Assembly: GCA_965249275.1 (NCBI GenBank)
Contig: CBDFLQ010000005.1
Location: 544,001 to 608,000, forward strand
Direction of reading: 5' to 3'
DNA: 64,000 bases
From: Dehalococcoidia bacterium
GTDB lineage: Bacteria > Chloroflexota > Dehalococcoidia > Plut-88900
Positions 19,336-28,200 of the stretch are shown here, piece by piece; position 1 is the first letter of the stretch, and each line of letters starts with the position of its first letter. The notes below the pieces were generated by a model. It did no database searches. It saw only the letters and a list, made by a program, of their open reading frames with translations, and was not told where the DNA came from. The translations under genes and the position numbers were made by a program.

Positions 19336-19461
19336 GGGACCTTTGCATAACTACAGATTGCCTCCGGCGAGCTGTCCAGATCAATTGATCTCCACCCCCC
19401 GCTCATACTTCGAGAGCCTCAGCACGAGCGGCCCCACGCAGGGGGGTTATGCAATGGTCTG
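19336..19461. mobile_element. ~130-bp MITE copy 4, with exact 5-bp target duplication
   Basis: GTCGA (19331-35) GGGACCTTTGCATAAC ... GTTATGCAATGGTCTG GTCGA (19462-66). Confidence 0.85.
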
Positions 19462-19561
19462 GTCGAGGGAGGGGGGATGGTGTGGGGCGTTGCGTGGGGG
19501 TGGGGGGTCTGATATTCTTTTTCAGCCCTTGGATAGGGGCTTTATTACTAGGAGGTATCCC

Positions 19562-20896
19562 ATGACCGGCAAAGGCCCCGAGACTATCGCGTACAGGTCC
19601 GAAGCGTCGCGGTCCAAACAGCTCTACGAGCAGGGCCTGAGGGTGCTGCCGGGGGGGAACAGCCGACACTCGGTGACGATGAATCCGTACCCGATCTACG
19701 TGAGCAGTGCGAACGGGTTCAAGGTGAAGGATGTCGAAGGGGAAGAGCGGCTGGACTTCATCAATAACATGACGTCTCTGATCCACGGGCACGCGCACCC
19801 GTCGATCGTGGAAGCCGTCAGCAAGCAGCTGGAGAGAGGCACGGCATTCGCGATGCCGACGGAGCCCGAGCTGGAACTGGCGAACCTGCTGGTCGACCGG
19901 ATCGACTCCATAGACAAGATCCGGTTCTGCAACTCGGGGAGCGAGGCGGTGATGCTGTCGATCAAGGCGGCTCGGGCTCGGACGGGCAAGTACAAGATCG
20001 CCAAGATCGAGGGCGCCTACCACGGGAGCTATGACTACGCCCAGGTGAGCGAGGCCGCCAACCCCGGCGAGTGGGGCGACCCGGTTATGCCGACAAGCGT
20101 GTCGGAGCTGAGCGTATCGCCTGCGGTCACCAATGAAGTGATCGCGATGCCCTGGAACAACATTGACGCTTGCGCCTCGATAATAGAGCAGCACAAGGAC
20201 GAGCTGGCGGCCGTGATTATCGACCCCCTGCCTGCGGCGCTCGGGTGGATTCCGCCCAAGCCGGGGTTCCTGGAGTCGATAAGACGAATAACGCAGGACT
20301 ACGGGATACTTCTGATCTCGGACGAGGTCATCAGCTTCCGGCTCTCCTATAAGGGAGCGCTCGAGCAACATGGGATCAATCCGGACATCACCGCGCTGGC
20401 TAAAATAATCGGGGGCGGGTTCCCTGTGGGGGCGGTGGCAGGCACGGACGACGTGATGGAAGTCTTCGACCACAGGTCGGGGCACCAGGTCCATCACGGA
20501 GGCACATTCAACGCGAACCCGGTGACGATGACGGCGGGCCTGACGGCGATGAAGATGATGACGCCGGAGGCGTTCGACCGGATAGGCGGGCTGGGCGACT
20601 ACGTGAGAGGTAAGCTGAACGACCTGGTTGTGCGGAAAGAAGTGCCGGCGCAGATCACGGGTTCCGGATCTCTGTTCTGGTTCCACCTGACGGACAAAGC
20701 GATGAACGATTTCCGGGACTTCTCGGCCTCCGGGCCGGGGCAGGAGACGTTCAACAAGTTTACCCACGAGATGCTGGGCCACGGGATTATCTACGCGGGC
20801 CGGGGGATGAGCTGCATCTCGACGGTGATGGGACACGAGGAGATGGATGCGTACGTGGATGCGGTGGATGCGTCGCTGGATGCGATAGGGTACTAG
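19562..20896 (+). CDS. Class III aminotransferase (glutamate-1-semialdehyde aminomutase-like)
   Basis: PGGNSR, FCNSGSEA, GAYHG, DEVISFR, AKIIGGGFPVGA, HGGTFNANP; AGGAGG RBS before ATG 19562. Confidence 0.9.
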   Translation: MTGKGPETIAYRSEASRSKQLYEQGLRVLPGGNSRHSVTMNPYPIYVSSANGFKVKDVEGEERLDFINNMTSLIHGHAHPSIVEAVSKQLERGTAFAMPTEPELELANLLVDRIDSIDKIRFCNSGSEAVMLSIKAARARTGKYKIAKIEGAYHGSYDYAQVSEAANPGEWGDPVMPTSVSELSVSPAVTNEVIAMPWNNIDACASIIEQHKDELAAVIIDPLPAALGWIPPKPGFLESIRRITQDYGILLISDEVISFRLSYKGALEQHGINPDITALAKIIGGGFPVGAVAGTDDVMEVFDHRSGHQVHHGGTFNANPVTMTAGLTAMKMMTPEAFDRIGGLGDYVRGKLNDLVVRKEVPAQITGSGSLFWFHLTDKAMNDFRDFSASGPGQETFNKFTHEMLGHGIIYAGRGMSCISTVMGHEEMDAYVDAVDASLDAIGY

Positions 20897-20942
20897 GGGC
20901 AAAGGGGGAGACATTCACTCCCTCAAAAGAAAACGCAATAAC

Positions 20943-20977
20943 CGGGCGTCACATGTGCAAAAAGCATGTGACGCCCG
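20943..20977. terminator. 13-bp inverted repeat (possible terminator or operator)
   Basis: CGGGCGTCACATG-N9-CATGTGACGCCCG; no U-tract. Confidence 0.4.
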
Positions 20978-21033
20978 CATTGTAGGCAGGAGATGGAGCT
21001 GCCAGAGGGGACACTCTCCCTAGCAGCGTAAGA

Positions 21034-22242
21034 ATGGATAATTGGCTTTCCCATTTAAAGGTCCTCGACGTCAGCAACGGCATTGGGGGGGCTTTTTGTG
21101 CGAGGCTGCTGGGGCGGGGAGGGGCGGAGGTCTTGAAGGTCGAGCCTCCGGTCTCGGGGGACCCGGTGCGGGCTTTGGCGCCGTTTTACAACGATCTACC
21201 GGGGCGGGAGAGCAGCGGTCTTTTTCTCTACCTGAACAGCGGTAAGCGGAGCATAACCCTAGACCTGACCAGAGCCTCGGGGAGGCGGATTTTCCGGCGC
21301 CTGGCCGAAGAAGCGGACGTGCTGGTGGAGAGCTTCGATCCGGGGTATCTGGAAGAGATGGGGCTCGGATATGACGAATTGAGATCCACGAATCCGGGGC
21401 TGGTACAGATTTCGGTGTCGGATTTCGGGCAGTGGGGCCCGTATGCGGGGTACAAGGCAAACGAGCTGATTGAGCACGCGATAAGCGGGCTGATGTACCC
21501 CACCGGGTTCCCCGACCAAGAACCAGTGCCGTCAGGCGGGCTACTGCCTCAGTTCAAGTCCGGGATGTCGGGGGTGATAGCGGCGCTTTCAGCCCTGCAT
21601 TGGCGGGAGGTGTCGGGGGAGGGGCAGCAGGTGGACGTGTCGATGTTGGAGGTGGCGGCGAATTTCCTGGAGACGACGCTCGTGCTGTACACGTATCAGG
21701 GGGTCGTGAGGGGCAGGACGGGCAGTTCACTTTCGCCGCCGACGCCCCTGTGCGACATGTACCAGACCAAGGACGGCTATATGATCGTGACCTCTCTAAC
21801 GCAACAGCAGCGGCAATCGCTGTTCGAGATGATAGGGCACCCGGAGTTGGTGGACTCGTTCGAATCAGCGCTTTCGAGAGCCATACCGGAAGAGGCAAAG
21901 CAGACACTTTGGGACTCCATCGGGGCATGGTTGGGGGAGATGGAGAGTGACGAGGCATTTGAGCTATCACAACTGCTGAGGATACCTTGCGCCAAGGTCG
22001 ACACGCCCAGGGACATGCTCAGAGACCAGCACCTGAGAGAGCGCGGGTTCTTCAAGACGCTGGAGCACCCGAAGTTTGGGGATATTGCGTTTCCCGGCAC
22101 GGGGCTGACGGTGATGGGGGAAGAGACGCCTGCACCGGAAATGGCTCCGGCACTGGGGGAGGCGAACCGGGAGGTGTATCAGCAGAGATTGGGGATATCT
22201 ACAAGGGAGATGGCGATGCTGGGCTCGGGGCAGGTGATATAG
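21034..22242 (+). CDS. CoA-transferase family III (CaiB/BaiF), probably a non-catalytic subunit
   Basis: GAEVLKVEP, LNSGKRSITLDL, ADVLVESF; Gln at the usual catalytic Asp position. Confidence 0.88.
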   Translation: MDNWLSHLKVLDVSNGIGGAFCARLLGRGGAEVLKVEPPVSGDPVRALAPFYNDLPGRESSGLFLYLNSGKRSITLDLTRASGRRIFRRLAEEADVLVESFDPGYLEEMGLGYDELRSTNPGLVQISVSDFGQWGPYAGYKANELIEHAISGLMYPTGFPDQEPVPSGGLLPQFKSGMSGVIAALSALHWREVSGEGQQVDVSMLEVAANFLETTLVLYTYQGVVRGRTGSSLSPPTPLCDMYQTKDGYMIVTSLTQQQRQSLFEMIGHPELVDSFESALSRAIPEEAKQTLWDSIGAWLGEMESDEAFELSQLLRIPCAKVDTPRDMLRDQHLRERGFFKTLEHPKFGDIAFPGTGLTVMGEETPAPEMAPALGEANREVYQQRLGISTREMAMLGSGQVI

Positions 22243-22257
22243 GGATGGGAGCTTGAA

Positions 22258-23502
22258 TTGAAACATCTGCCGTTAAGCGACGTAAGAGTCGTTGATCTCA
22301 CCCGGTATTGGGCAGGGCCGTACGCGACGCAGCTCATGGGGTCGCTGGGGGCGGAGGTGATACGGGTCGAGGCGACCGTATACGTGGATGCGGTGAGGTA
22401 CATGCTTCCACCGGACGGGATAGAGGATACAGAGGACCCACATAACCGGGGCTCCTATTTTCATATGGGAAACCGGAACAAGGACAGTATCGCTCTGGAC
22501 CTGCAGACTGAGCGGGGCCGCGACCTTATGCTGGAGCTGGTCTCGATTGCGGATGTGGTAATCGAGAATTACAGCGCACGGGTGATGGGTAATCTGCGGT
22601 TGGACTACGACGACCTGAGGAAGGTGAGGCCGGACCTGATAATGATAAGCATGCCGTCCTTCGGACGGTCTGGGCCTTACAGGGACTACGTGTGCTTTGG
22701 AGAGGCCCTGGAAGGTATGACGGGGCTTTCCCACCTGACGGGGCACCCGGACGGGCCGCCGGTACGTTCTTCGGGGGCGTTCACGGACCCGGCGTCGGGG
22801 ATGTGGGGGGTGTATGCGGTGCTGGCTGCTTTGGAGAGGAGACGGCGGACGGGCAAAGGGGCTCGGATGGACCTGTCTCAGCAGGAGGGCTACATCGGCC
22901 TGCTGGGTGACGCAGTCCTGGACTACACGATGAACGGGCGGGTGCGGAAGCGTCTCGGGAACCGGCACCCTTCCAGGACACCGCAAGGCGCGTACCGGTG
23001 CAAGGGCGAGGATGAGTGGGTGGCGATCTCGGCGGGGAGCGATGCGGAATGGGAGTCGTTGTGCCGGGCACTGGGTCGGGAAGACCTGCTCGAAGAGCAA
23101 CGATATCGGCATATCTTGAGCAGATTTCGGCTGCAGGAAGAGATTGACGAGGCGATAAACGCGTGGACGTCGGGGTTGGGGGCTAGGGATGTGATGGCTC
23201 GGCTGCAAGGGGTGGGTGTGCATTGCGGAATCGTCTCCAAGGCAAACGACCTATTCGAAGATCCACACTTCAAAGAGAGAGGGTTTTTCGAGACGACGGA
23301 GCATGCGTCGGTGGGGGAATACTCTCACTTTGGCATACCGTTCAAGATGTCGAAGACGCCGGGAGGGAGCCATGCACCGGCACCCCGATATGGCGAGCAC
23401 AACCGCCGGGTGTTCTGCGATATGCTGGGATTGGGGGAGGAAGAGTATGCGGGGTTGCTCGGGACGAGGGTATCTGCGGAAGCGCCGTTGATCGGAGACT
23501 AG
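22258..23502 (+). CDS. CoA-transferase family III (CaiB/BaiF)
   Basis: WAGPY, GAEVIRVE, NRNKDSIALDL, ADVVIENY, FTDPASG (catalytic Asp). Confidence 0.92.
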   Translation: MKHLPLSDVRVVDLTRYWAGPYATQLMGSLGAEVIRVEATVYVDAVRYMLPPDGIEDTEDPHNRGSYFHMGNRNKDSIALDLQTERGRDLMLELVSIADVVIENYSARVMGNLRLDYDDLRKVRPDLIMISMPSFGRSGPYRDYVCFGEALEGMTGLSHLTGHPDGPPVRSSGAFTDPASGMWGVYAVLAALERRRRTGKGARMDLSQQEGYIGLLGDAVLDYTMNGRVRKRLGNRHPSRTPQGAYRCKGEDEWVAISAGSDAEWESLCRALGREDLLEEQRYRHILSRFRLQEEIDEAINAWTSGLGARDVMARLQGVGVHCGIVSKANDLFEDPHFKERGFFETTEHASVGEYSHFGIPFKMSKTPGGSHAPAPRYGEHNRRVFCDMLGLGEEEYAGLLGTRVSAEAPLIGD

Positions 23503-23522
23503 CAGGGCCAAGGGAGAAGCAG

Positions 23523-24284
23523 ATGGGCGACAGCAGTGACATAACCGGCGAAGTGGCGATAGTGACGGGTGCGGCGCAGGGAATTGGGAGAGGTATAGCG
23601 CACGTTCTGGCGGAGGCGGGTGTGAAGATCGTGATTGGAGACATTCAGCCCGCGGACAGGACGGTGTCGGAGATCAGGGGGATGGGTGGGGAGGCGGTGA
23701 GCATGGTTATGGACACAAGCCAGCCCCGGGAGGCGGAAGCGCTAGTGGAGCGGGTGGTCGAGGAGTACGGCCGGCTGGACATCCTGGTGAACAACGCGGG
23801 GATAGATGCGCCGAGGGGCAACGCGTGGGACCTGCCGGACGAGGAATGGCGTCGGGTGATAGACGTGAACGTAAACGGGGTGTTCTACTGCTCCAGGGCG
23901 GCGCTAGGTCCGATGATGAAGGCAGGCAAGGGGTTCATCGTTAGTATGAGCTCCCAGGCGGCGCGGGTCGGGGAGCCGGGGATGTCTCCCGCGTACAACG
24001 CCAGCAAGGCGGCGCTATTGGGCATGACGATGGAGTTTGCGATACAGGTGGCTGACAAGGGGATCAGGGTGGTGGCGCTGATGCCGGGGGCGATCGACTC
24101 CCGGGAGCCGGGGTGGAGCGAGGAGAGGAAAGCCGAGGTGCTGCTTGAGTATCCCCTGGGTATCGGGACGCCGCGGGACATAGGGGAGATGATTCGGCAC
24201 CTGGCGAGCCCGGCGGCGAAATGGGTGTCGGGGACGGCGGTACAGCTGACCGGGGGATATCAGAGAGGCGTGTCATGGTTTTAG
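23523..24284 (+). CDS. SDR family oxidoreductase
   Basis: TGAAQGIG, NNAG, YNASK; start moved to ATG 23523. Confidence 0.92.
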   Translation: MGDSSDITGEVAIVTGAAQGIGRGIAHVLAEAGVKIVIGDIQPADRTVSEIRGMGGEAVSMVMDTSQPREAEALVERVVEEYGRLDILVNNAGIDAPRGNAWDLPDEEWRRVIDVNVNGVFYCSRAALGPMMKAGKGFIVSMSSQAARVGEPGMSPAYNASKAALLGMTMEFAIQVADKGIRVVALMPGAIDSREPGWSEERKAEVLLEYPLGIGTPRDIGEMIRHLASPAAKWVSGTAVQLTGGYQRGVSWF

Positions 24285-25039
24285 ATTACGAAGTGCGGGA
24301 CAGGATTGCGTATATCACCCTGAACAGGCCGCGGGCGATGAACGCGATGAACGAGGAGTTGAAGCAGAAGCTGGCCGATGCGATAGAGGAAGTTGACCGG
24401 GACCCGGATGTCTGGGTTGCGATTGTCACGGGAGCAGGGGGCAAGGCTTTCAGCGCCGGGGGAGACCTGAAAGAGTACGTGAATCGGGAGTTGGAAGGGC
24501 CGGGGCAGCCGTACACGATGTTCAAGCACTACGATCAACCGATGTCGGTTAAGCCGTTCATTGCGGCAGTCAACGGGTATTGTTTAGCCGGTGGGCTGGA
24601 GTTGGCGCTTGCCTGCGATATCAGGATTTCGTCGGAGAGTGCATCGTTTGGGTCGCCGGAGGTGAGATGGGGGCTGCTGCACGGGTATGGGGCGATGCGC
24701 CTGCCGAAGATGGTGGGGATGGCGGAGGCTATGGAGATTCTGCTGACGGGGGATTTCATTGATGCGGAGAAGGCGTTGCGGATCGGGCTGGTCAGCCGGG
24801 TGGTGGCACAGGAAGAGTTGATGCCGACGGCGGAGTCGATAGCGCGGCGGATATGTGAGAACGCGCCTTTGTCGGTGAGGGTTACGAAGGAGCTGGCCTA
24901 CCGGGGTTCGAATATGCCTCATAGCGAGGGCCTGCACCTGGTACACACTCTGATGAGCGCGTTGTACGAGAGCAAGGACAGCAAGGAAGGGCCGCGGGCG
25001 TTTTCGGAGAAGAGGAAGCCCGAGTACGGGGCTCGGTAG
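24275..25039 (+). CDS. Enoyl-CoA hydratase/isomerase family
   Basis: TLNRP, FSAGGDL, AVNGYCLAGGLELALACD, PEVRWG; overlaps the SDR stop. Confidence 0.93.
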   Translation: MVLDYEVRDRIAYITLNRPRAMNAMNEELKQKLADAIEEVDRDPDVWVAIVTGAGGKAFSAGGDLKEYVNRELEGPGQPYTMFKHYDQPMSVKPFIAAVNGYCLAGGLELALACDIRISSESASFGSPEVRWGLLHGYGAMRLPKMVGMAEAMEILLTGDFIDAEKALRIGLVSRVVAQEELMPTAESIARRICENAPLSVRVTKELAYRGSNMPHSEGLHLVHTLMSALYESKDSKEGPRAFSEKRKPEYGAR

Positions 25040-25072
25040 GGGGGAATCACCCTCACCCTAGCCCTCTCCGGG

Positions 25073-25123
25073 TGTATAGACCGGGGACATGGGTAACAGT
25101 TGTTCGGGGAGATAGGTAACACA
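25073..25123 (+). mobile_element. Orphan IS481-like end abutting a REP half-hairpin
   Basis: TGTATAGACCGGGGACATGGGTAACA plus a second repeat; follows CCCTCACCCTAGCCCTCTCC. Confidence 0.6.
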
Positions 25124-25246
25124 TTCTATCGACTTAGATCCCGCCTCGGCGCATCTTCGACAGGGCGAGCGGAGTACCCCGCCCTTAGGAATGGAAAGTC
25201 CGTACATCGTGGGCGGGTTGTGGGGTGAGGAGCGTGCGGGGCGTTA

Positions 25247-25270
25247 GGGCGATTGGCCAATCGCCCCTAC
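25247..25270 (-). repeat. GTAG-type REP
   Basis: Reverse complement GTAGGGGCGATTGGCCAATCGCCC. Confidence 0.7.
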
Positions 25271-25405
25271 GGAAGGGAGAGGGGACTGGCCCCCCACCGC
25301 TCATACTTCGACGGGCTCCCGCCGCAGGCGGATCTTCGGCAGGGCGAGCGGCTCGCCATCCTCCCGACGCAAAAGTCCCGTTGAGGGGGAGGGGATTGGG
25401 GGCGG

Positions 25406-26320
25406 TTAGAGGGATTCGAGTTCTGAGCGGTGGGGGATGGAGGAGCTTGCGCCGGGGCGTTGGACGGAGAGGGCGGCAGCTTTGTTGGCGAAGGTAATGG
25501 CGTCGGCGAGTGAGGCGCCTTCGTTGAGGCGGGAGGCCAGGGCCCCTAGGAAGCAGTCGCCGGCGCCGGTCGGGTCCAAGGCGTGGACGGTAGAGGCGGG
25601 GGTCAGGTAGGTATCGTCGGGGGTGATTGTGAGGGCTCCGGCAGCGCCCAGGGTTACTATCACGGTCCGAGGGCCACGTGCCAAGAGCATACGGGCAGCT
25701 GATACCAGCACTTCGCGGTCTGTGGAATCTATGGGCGTTTGAGCCATCTCGGAGAGCTCTGTTTCGTTGAGGCACAGGATGTCGACGAGGGAGAGCAGGG
25801 ATTCGGGGAGGGGAAGGGCGGGGGCGGTGTTGAGTATTGTGGTGACGCCGGACTCGGAGGCGATGGTGAGGAAGCGGTGGATGGTCTCGACGGGTATTTC
25901 AAGCTGGACGAGAGCTACGCCTGCATTGGCTATGTGTGCAGCGAGGGGGTCGAGGGTACTGGGGGCGAAGCGAGAGTTGGCTCCCGTGGCAACGACGATG
26001 GTGTTCTCGGCGTGGGAGTCGACCGTGATAAGGGCGACGCCTGTGGGGTCAGGGGATGAGGTTACGCCTACAGTCTCGATATCCTCGGCTCGCATGAATT
26101 CCAGAAGCTCGTTGCCGAACGGGTCGTTGCCGACGCTCCCGAGCATGTAGACGGGAGCGAGGCCGAGGCGTCGGGCGGCGACGGCCTGGTTTAGACCCTT
26201 GCCTCCCGGGACCCGGGTGAGGCTCGTCGCGAACACCGTTTCGCCGGGCCGGGGCATTCTTTCGGTGGAGGCGATCAGGTCCATGTTGATACCACCCGCT
26301 ACGACGATGGGCTTGATGAT
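25406..26320 (-). CDS. rbsK: Ribokinase (start uncertain: ATC 26320 or ATG 26284)
   Basis: PGGKGLNQA, GNDPFG, QLEIP, NETE, DPTGAGDCF; the conserved IVVAGGINMD lies upstream of ATG 26284. Confidence 0.85.
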   Translation of the reverse strand: MIKPIVVAGGINMDLIASTERMPRPGETVFATSLTRVPGGKGLNQAVAARRLGLAPVYMLGSVGNDPFGNELLEFMRAEDIETVGVTSSPDPTGVALITVDSHAENTIVVATGANSRFAPSTLDPLAAHIANAGVALVQLEIPVETIHRFLTIASESGVTTILNTAPALPLPESLLSLVDILCLNETELSEMAQTPIDSTDREVLVSAARMLLARGPRTVIVTLGAAGALTITPDDTYLTPASTVHALDPTGAGDCFLGALASRLNEGASLADAITFANKAAALSVQRPGASSSIPHRSELESL

Positions 26321-26404
26321 AAGATGCTCCTTTCTCGGGGACTGCTACGGGGGCAATATACCCCAACGAATGCTTCGGTTGGTACATTCATGGAGGAGAC
26401 TTCA

Positions 26405-27367
26405 ATGGCTAGACCCATCATTTTAGACGTAGACGCAGGTGTCGACGATGCGCTGGCGATATTGCTGGCCCTGGCCTCGCCGGAGGTGGAGGTGATTGGG
26501 ATTACGACAGTGAGCGGGAACGTACACGTGGACAAATGCACGCCGAACGTGCTTCGAATACTGTCGTTTGTGGAAGAAGAGAAGAGGCCAAAGGTGTACA
26601 AGGGGGAGTCGGCGCCGCTGGTGAAGGAACTCTATACTGCGGCTGCGGTCCACGGGGAGGATGGGCTGGGGGACCTGGGAGACGATTACTACCCCGAGCT
26701 TGATTGGGGACTGGTGTCTGAAATGGGCGCAGTAGAGGCTATGGCGGAGATGGTGGCAGGGAGGCCTGGGGAGGTGACGGTAGTGGCCACGGGGCCCTTA
26801 ACCAATGTTGCAAGGGCGATACAGGAATTTCCTGAGAAGATGGCGCAGGCGGGAGAGATAGTGAACATGGGAGGGGCAGTGGATGCGGCTGGGAACATCG
26901 AGCCGATATACGCAGCGGAGTTCAATACCTACGTGGACCCGGAGTCGTTGGATGTAGTCCTGGAGTCGGGTATAGCGTTTACCCTGGTGCCGACGGATGC
27001 GACTCACGGGATCGGGCTGATGCGCAGCGCGGCGAGGGAGTGGTTTGTGGAGAAGGGAGGCAGGGCGGGCCGTTTCGCCTACGACTGCTGCCAATTCTAC
27101 ATGGACTTCACGCAGGCACAGAGCGGATTCGACGGGACGTACATGCACGACCCGATGGCAACCGCAGTGGTAATCGATCCATCGCTGATGACAGCGGCGC
27201 CGCGTCGGATATATGTAGAAGTTAGGGAAGGTCTGACACGGGGGATGACGGTGCCGTATCGGCTCCCGGGAGACAAGCAACCGGAGCCTAACTGCCGGGT
27301 GGCTTCCTGGGTGGAGGGGGAGCGGTTTATTGAGATGCTGCTGACGAGGGTCGGTGGGTTGGGGTGA
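26405..27367 (+). CDS. Inosine/uridine-preferring nucleoside hydrolase family
   Basis: DVDAGVDDA, VHGEDGLG, TGPLTN, AEFN, HDP; GGAGGAG RBS. Confidence 0.93.
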   Translation: MARPIILDVDAGVDDALAILLALASPEVEVIGITTVSGNVHVDKCTPNVLRILSFVEEEKRPKVYKGESAPLVKELYTAAAVHGEDGLGDLGDDYYPELDWGLVSEMGAVEAMAEMVAGRPGEVTVVATGPLTNVARAIQEFPEKMAQAGEIVNMGGAVDAAGNIEPIYAAEFNTYVDPESLDVVLESGIAFTLVPTDATHGIGLMRSAAREWFVEKGGRAGRFAYDCCQFYMDFTQAQSGFDGTYMHDPMATAVVIDPSLMTAAPRRIYVEVREGLTRGMTVPYRLPGDKQPEPNCRVASWVEGERFIEMLLTRVGGLG

Positions 27368-28194
27368 GGGGTACGTGGGTGGCCGTGTTGGGGAAGGTGC
27401 GGGAGTACAGGTGGGAGCTTTGGCTGTTCTTTGGGGTGGGGGTTGTTGGATCGATAGTGGGCTCCCTCGTGCAAATAGCTGTTGGCTTTTTCATCTACGG
27501 AAACTACGGATGGTCTAACTTACCGTTCTTCATAGCTAGCTTTGCAGTGTTGGCGATTTCGTACAGGTGGGTTAGACGGTTACAGCGCCCGATGCTCAAA
27601 TTGATGTGGCACTTCTCATTGGCAGTCGGTGTCCTTAGCATCACCTTCAGCGTGATTCAGGCGGGAGTGTATGTGACCTTTTACGATGAATCGGCTAGGT
27701 CGTATGGGCTTTACTCGTCGTTGACGAGACCCGTGCAATCCGTTGTAGGAATTTCGATTCTCGTTTGGTTTGCCAGACAGGCCTCGCGTGACGGTTTCCG
27801 CAAGGCCTTGGCACTCATCAGTATAGCGGCGTCCAGCGAGGTAAATGTCCTTGATGTGTTTGTCTATGTGTTTCGGTTCTTAGCCGGCTTTGGGACCGGT
27901 CAATTTGGATTCCTATTAGCAACGATTCCGCTGGCGCTGTTACCGGTATGGGCACTCAAGCGCGTGGACTCCGGGAAACGCATGCCGAGCAAGGGAATTG
28001 CAGTCCTATTCGCTGCCGCGTGGCTGTCATGGGTATTGCGTTTCCTGGGGCCGATTGATGAGCCGGGGGATGGTTTGATCGCTGTTGCTGTGAGCATCTC
28101 AACTGTGCAGGTTGTCCTATATGCGATAGTGATATGGATAGCGTACTCAGTGCGCGTACGGATACCTGTTCAACCTGAACCTATCGAAGGATGA
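27364..28194 (+). CDS. Hypothetical multi-pass membrane protein
   Basis: About 8 hydrophobic segments; GTGA overlap with the upstream stop; visibly lower GC. Confidence 0.7.
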   Translation: MRGTWVAVLGKVREYRWELWLFFGVGVVGSIVGSLVQIAVGFFIYGNYGWSNLPFFIASFAVLAISYRWVRRLQRPMLKLMWHFSLAVGVLSITFSVIQAGVYVTFYDESARSYGLYSSLTRPVQSVVGISILVWFARQASRDGFRKALALISIAASSEVNVLDVFVYVFRFLAGFGTGQFGFLLATIPLALLPVWALKRVDSGKRMPSKGIAVLFAAAWLSWVLRFLGPIDEPGDGLIAVAVSISTVQVVLYAIVIWIAYSVRVRIPVQPEPIEG

Positions 28195-28200
28195 GTGGAG

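Noticed and set aside
19562-20896. Calling this gene hemL
   Set aside because: It is GSAM-like but has no tetrapyrrole gene context and may be a catabolic paralog, so the symbol is withheld.
19403-20914. Long antisense ORFs (e.g. 503 aa here; also 54088..55092, 15766..16824, 16770..17828)
   Set aside because: Shadow frames of well-supported genes in GC-rich DNA.
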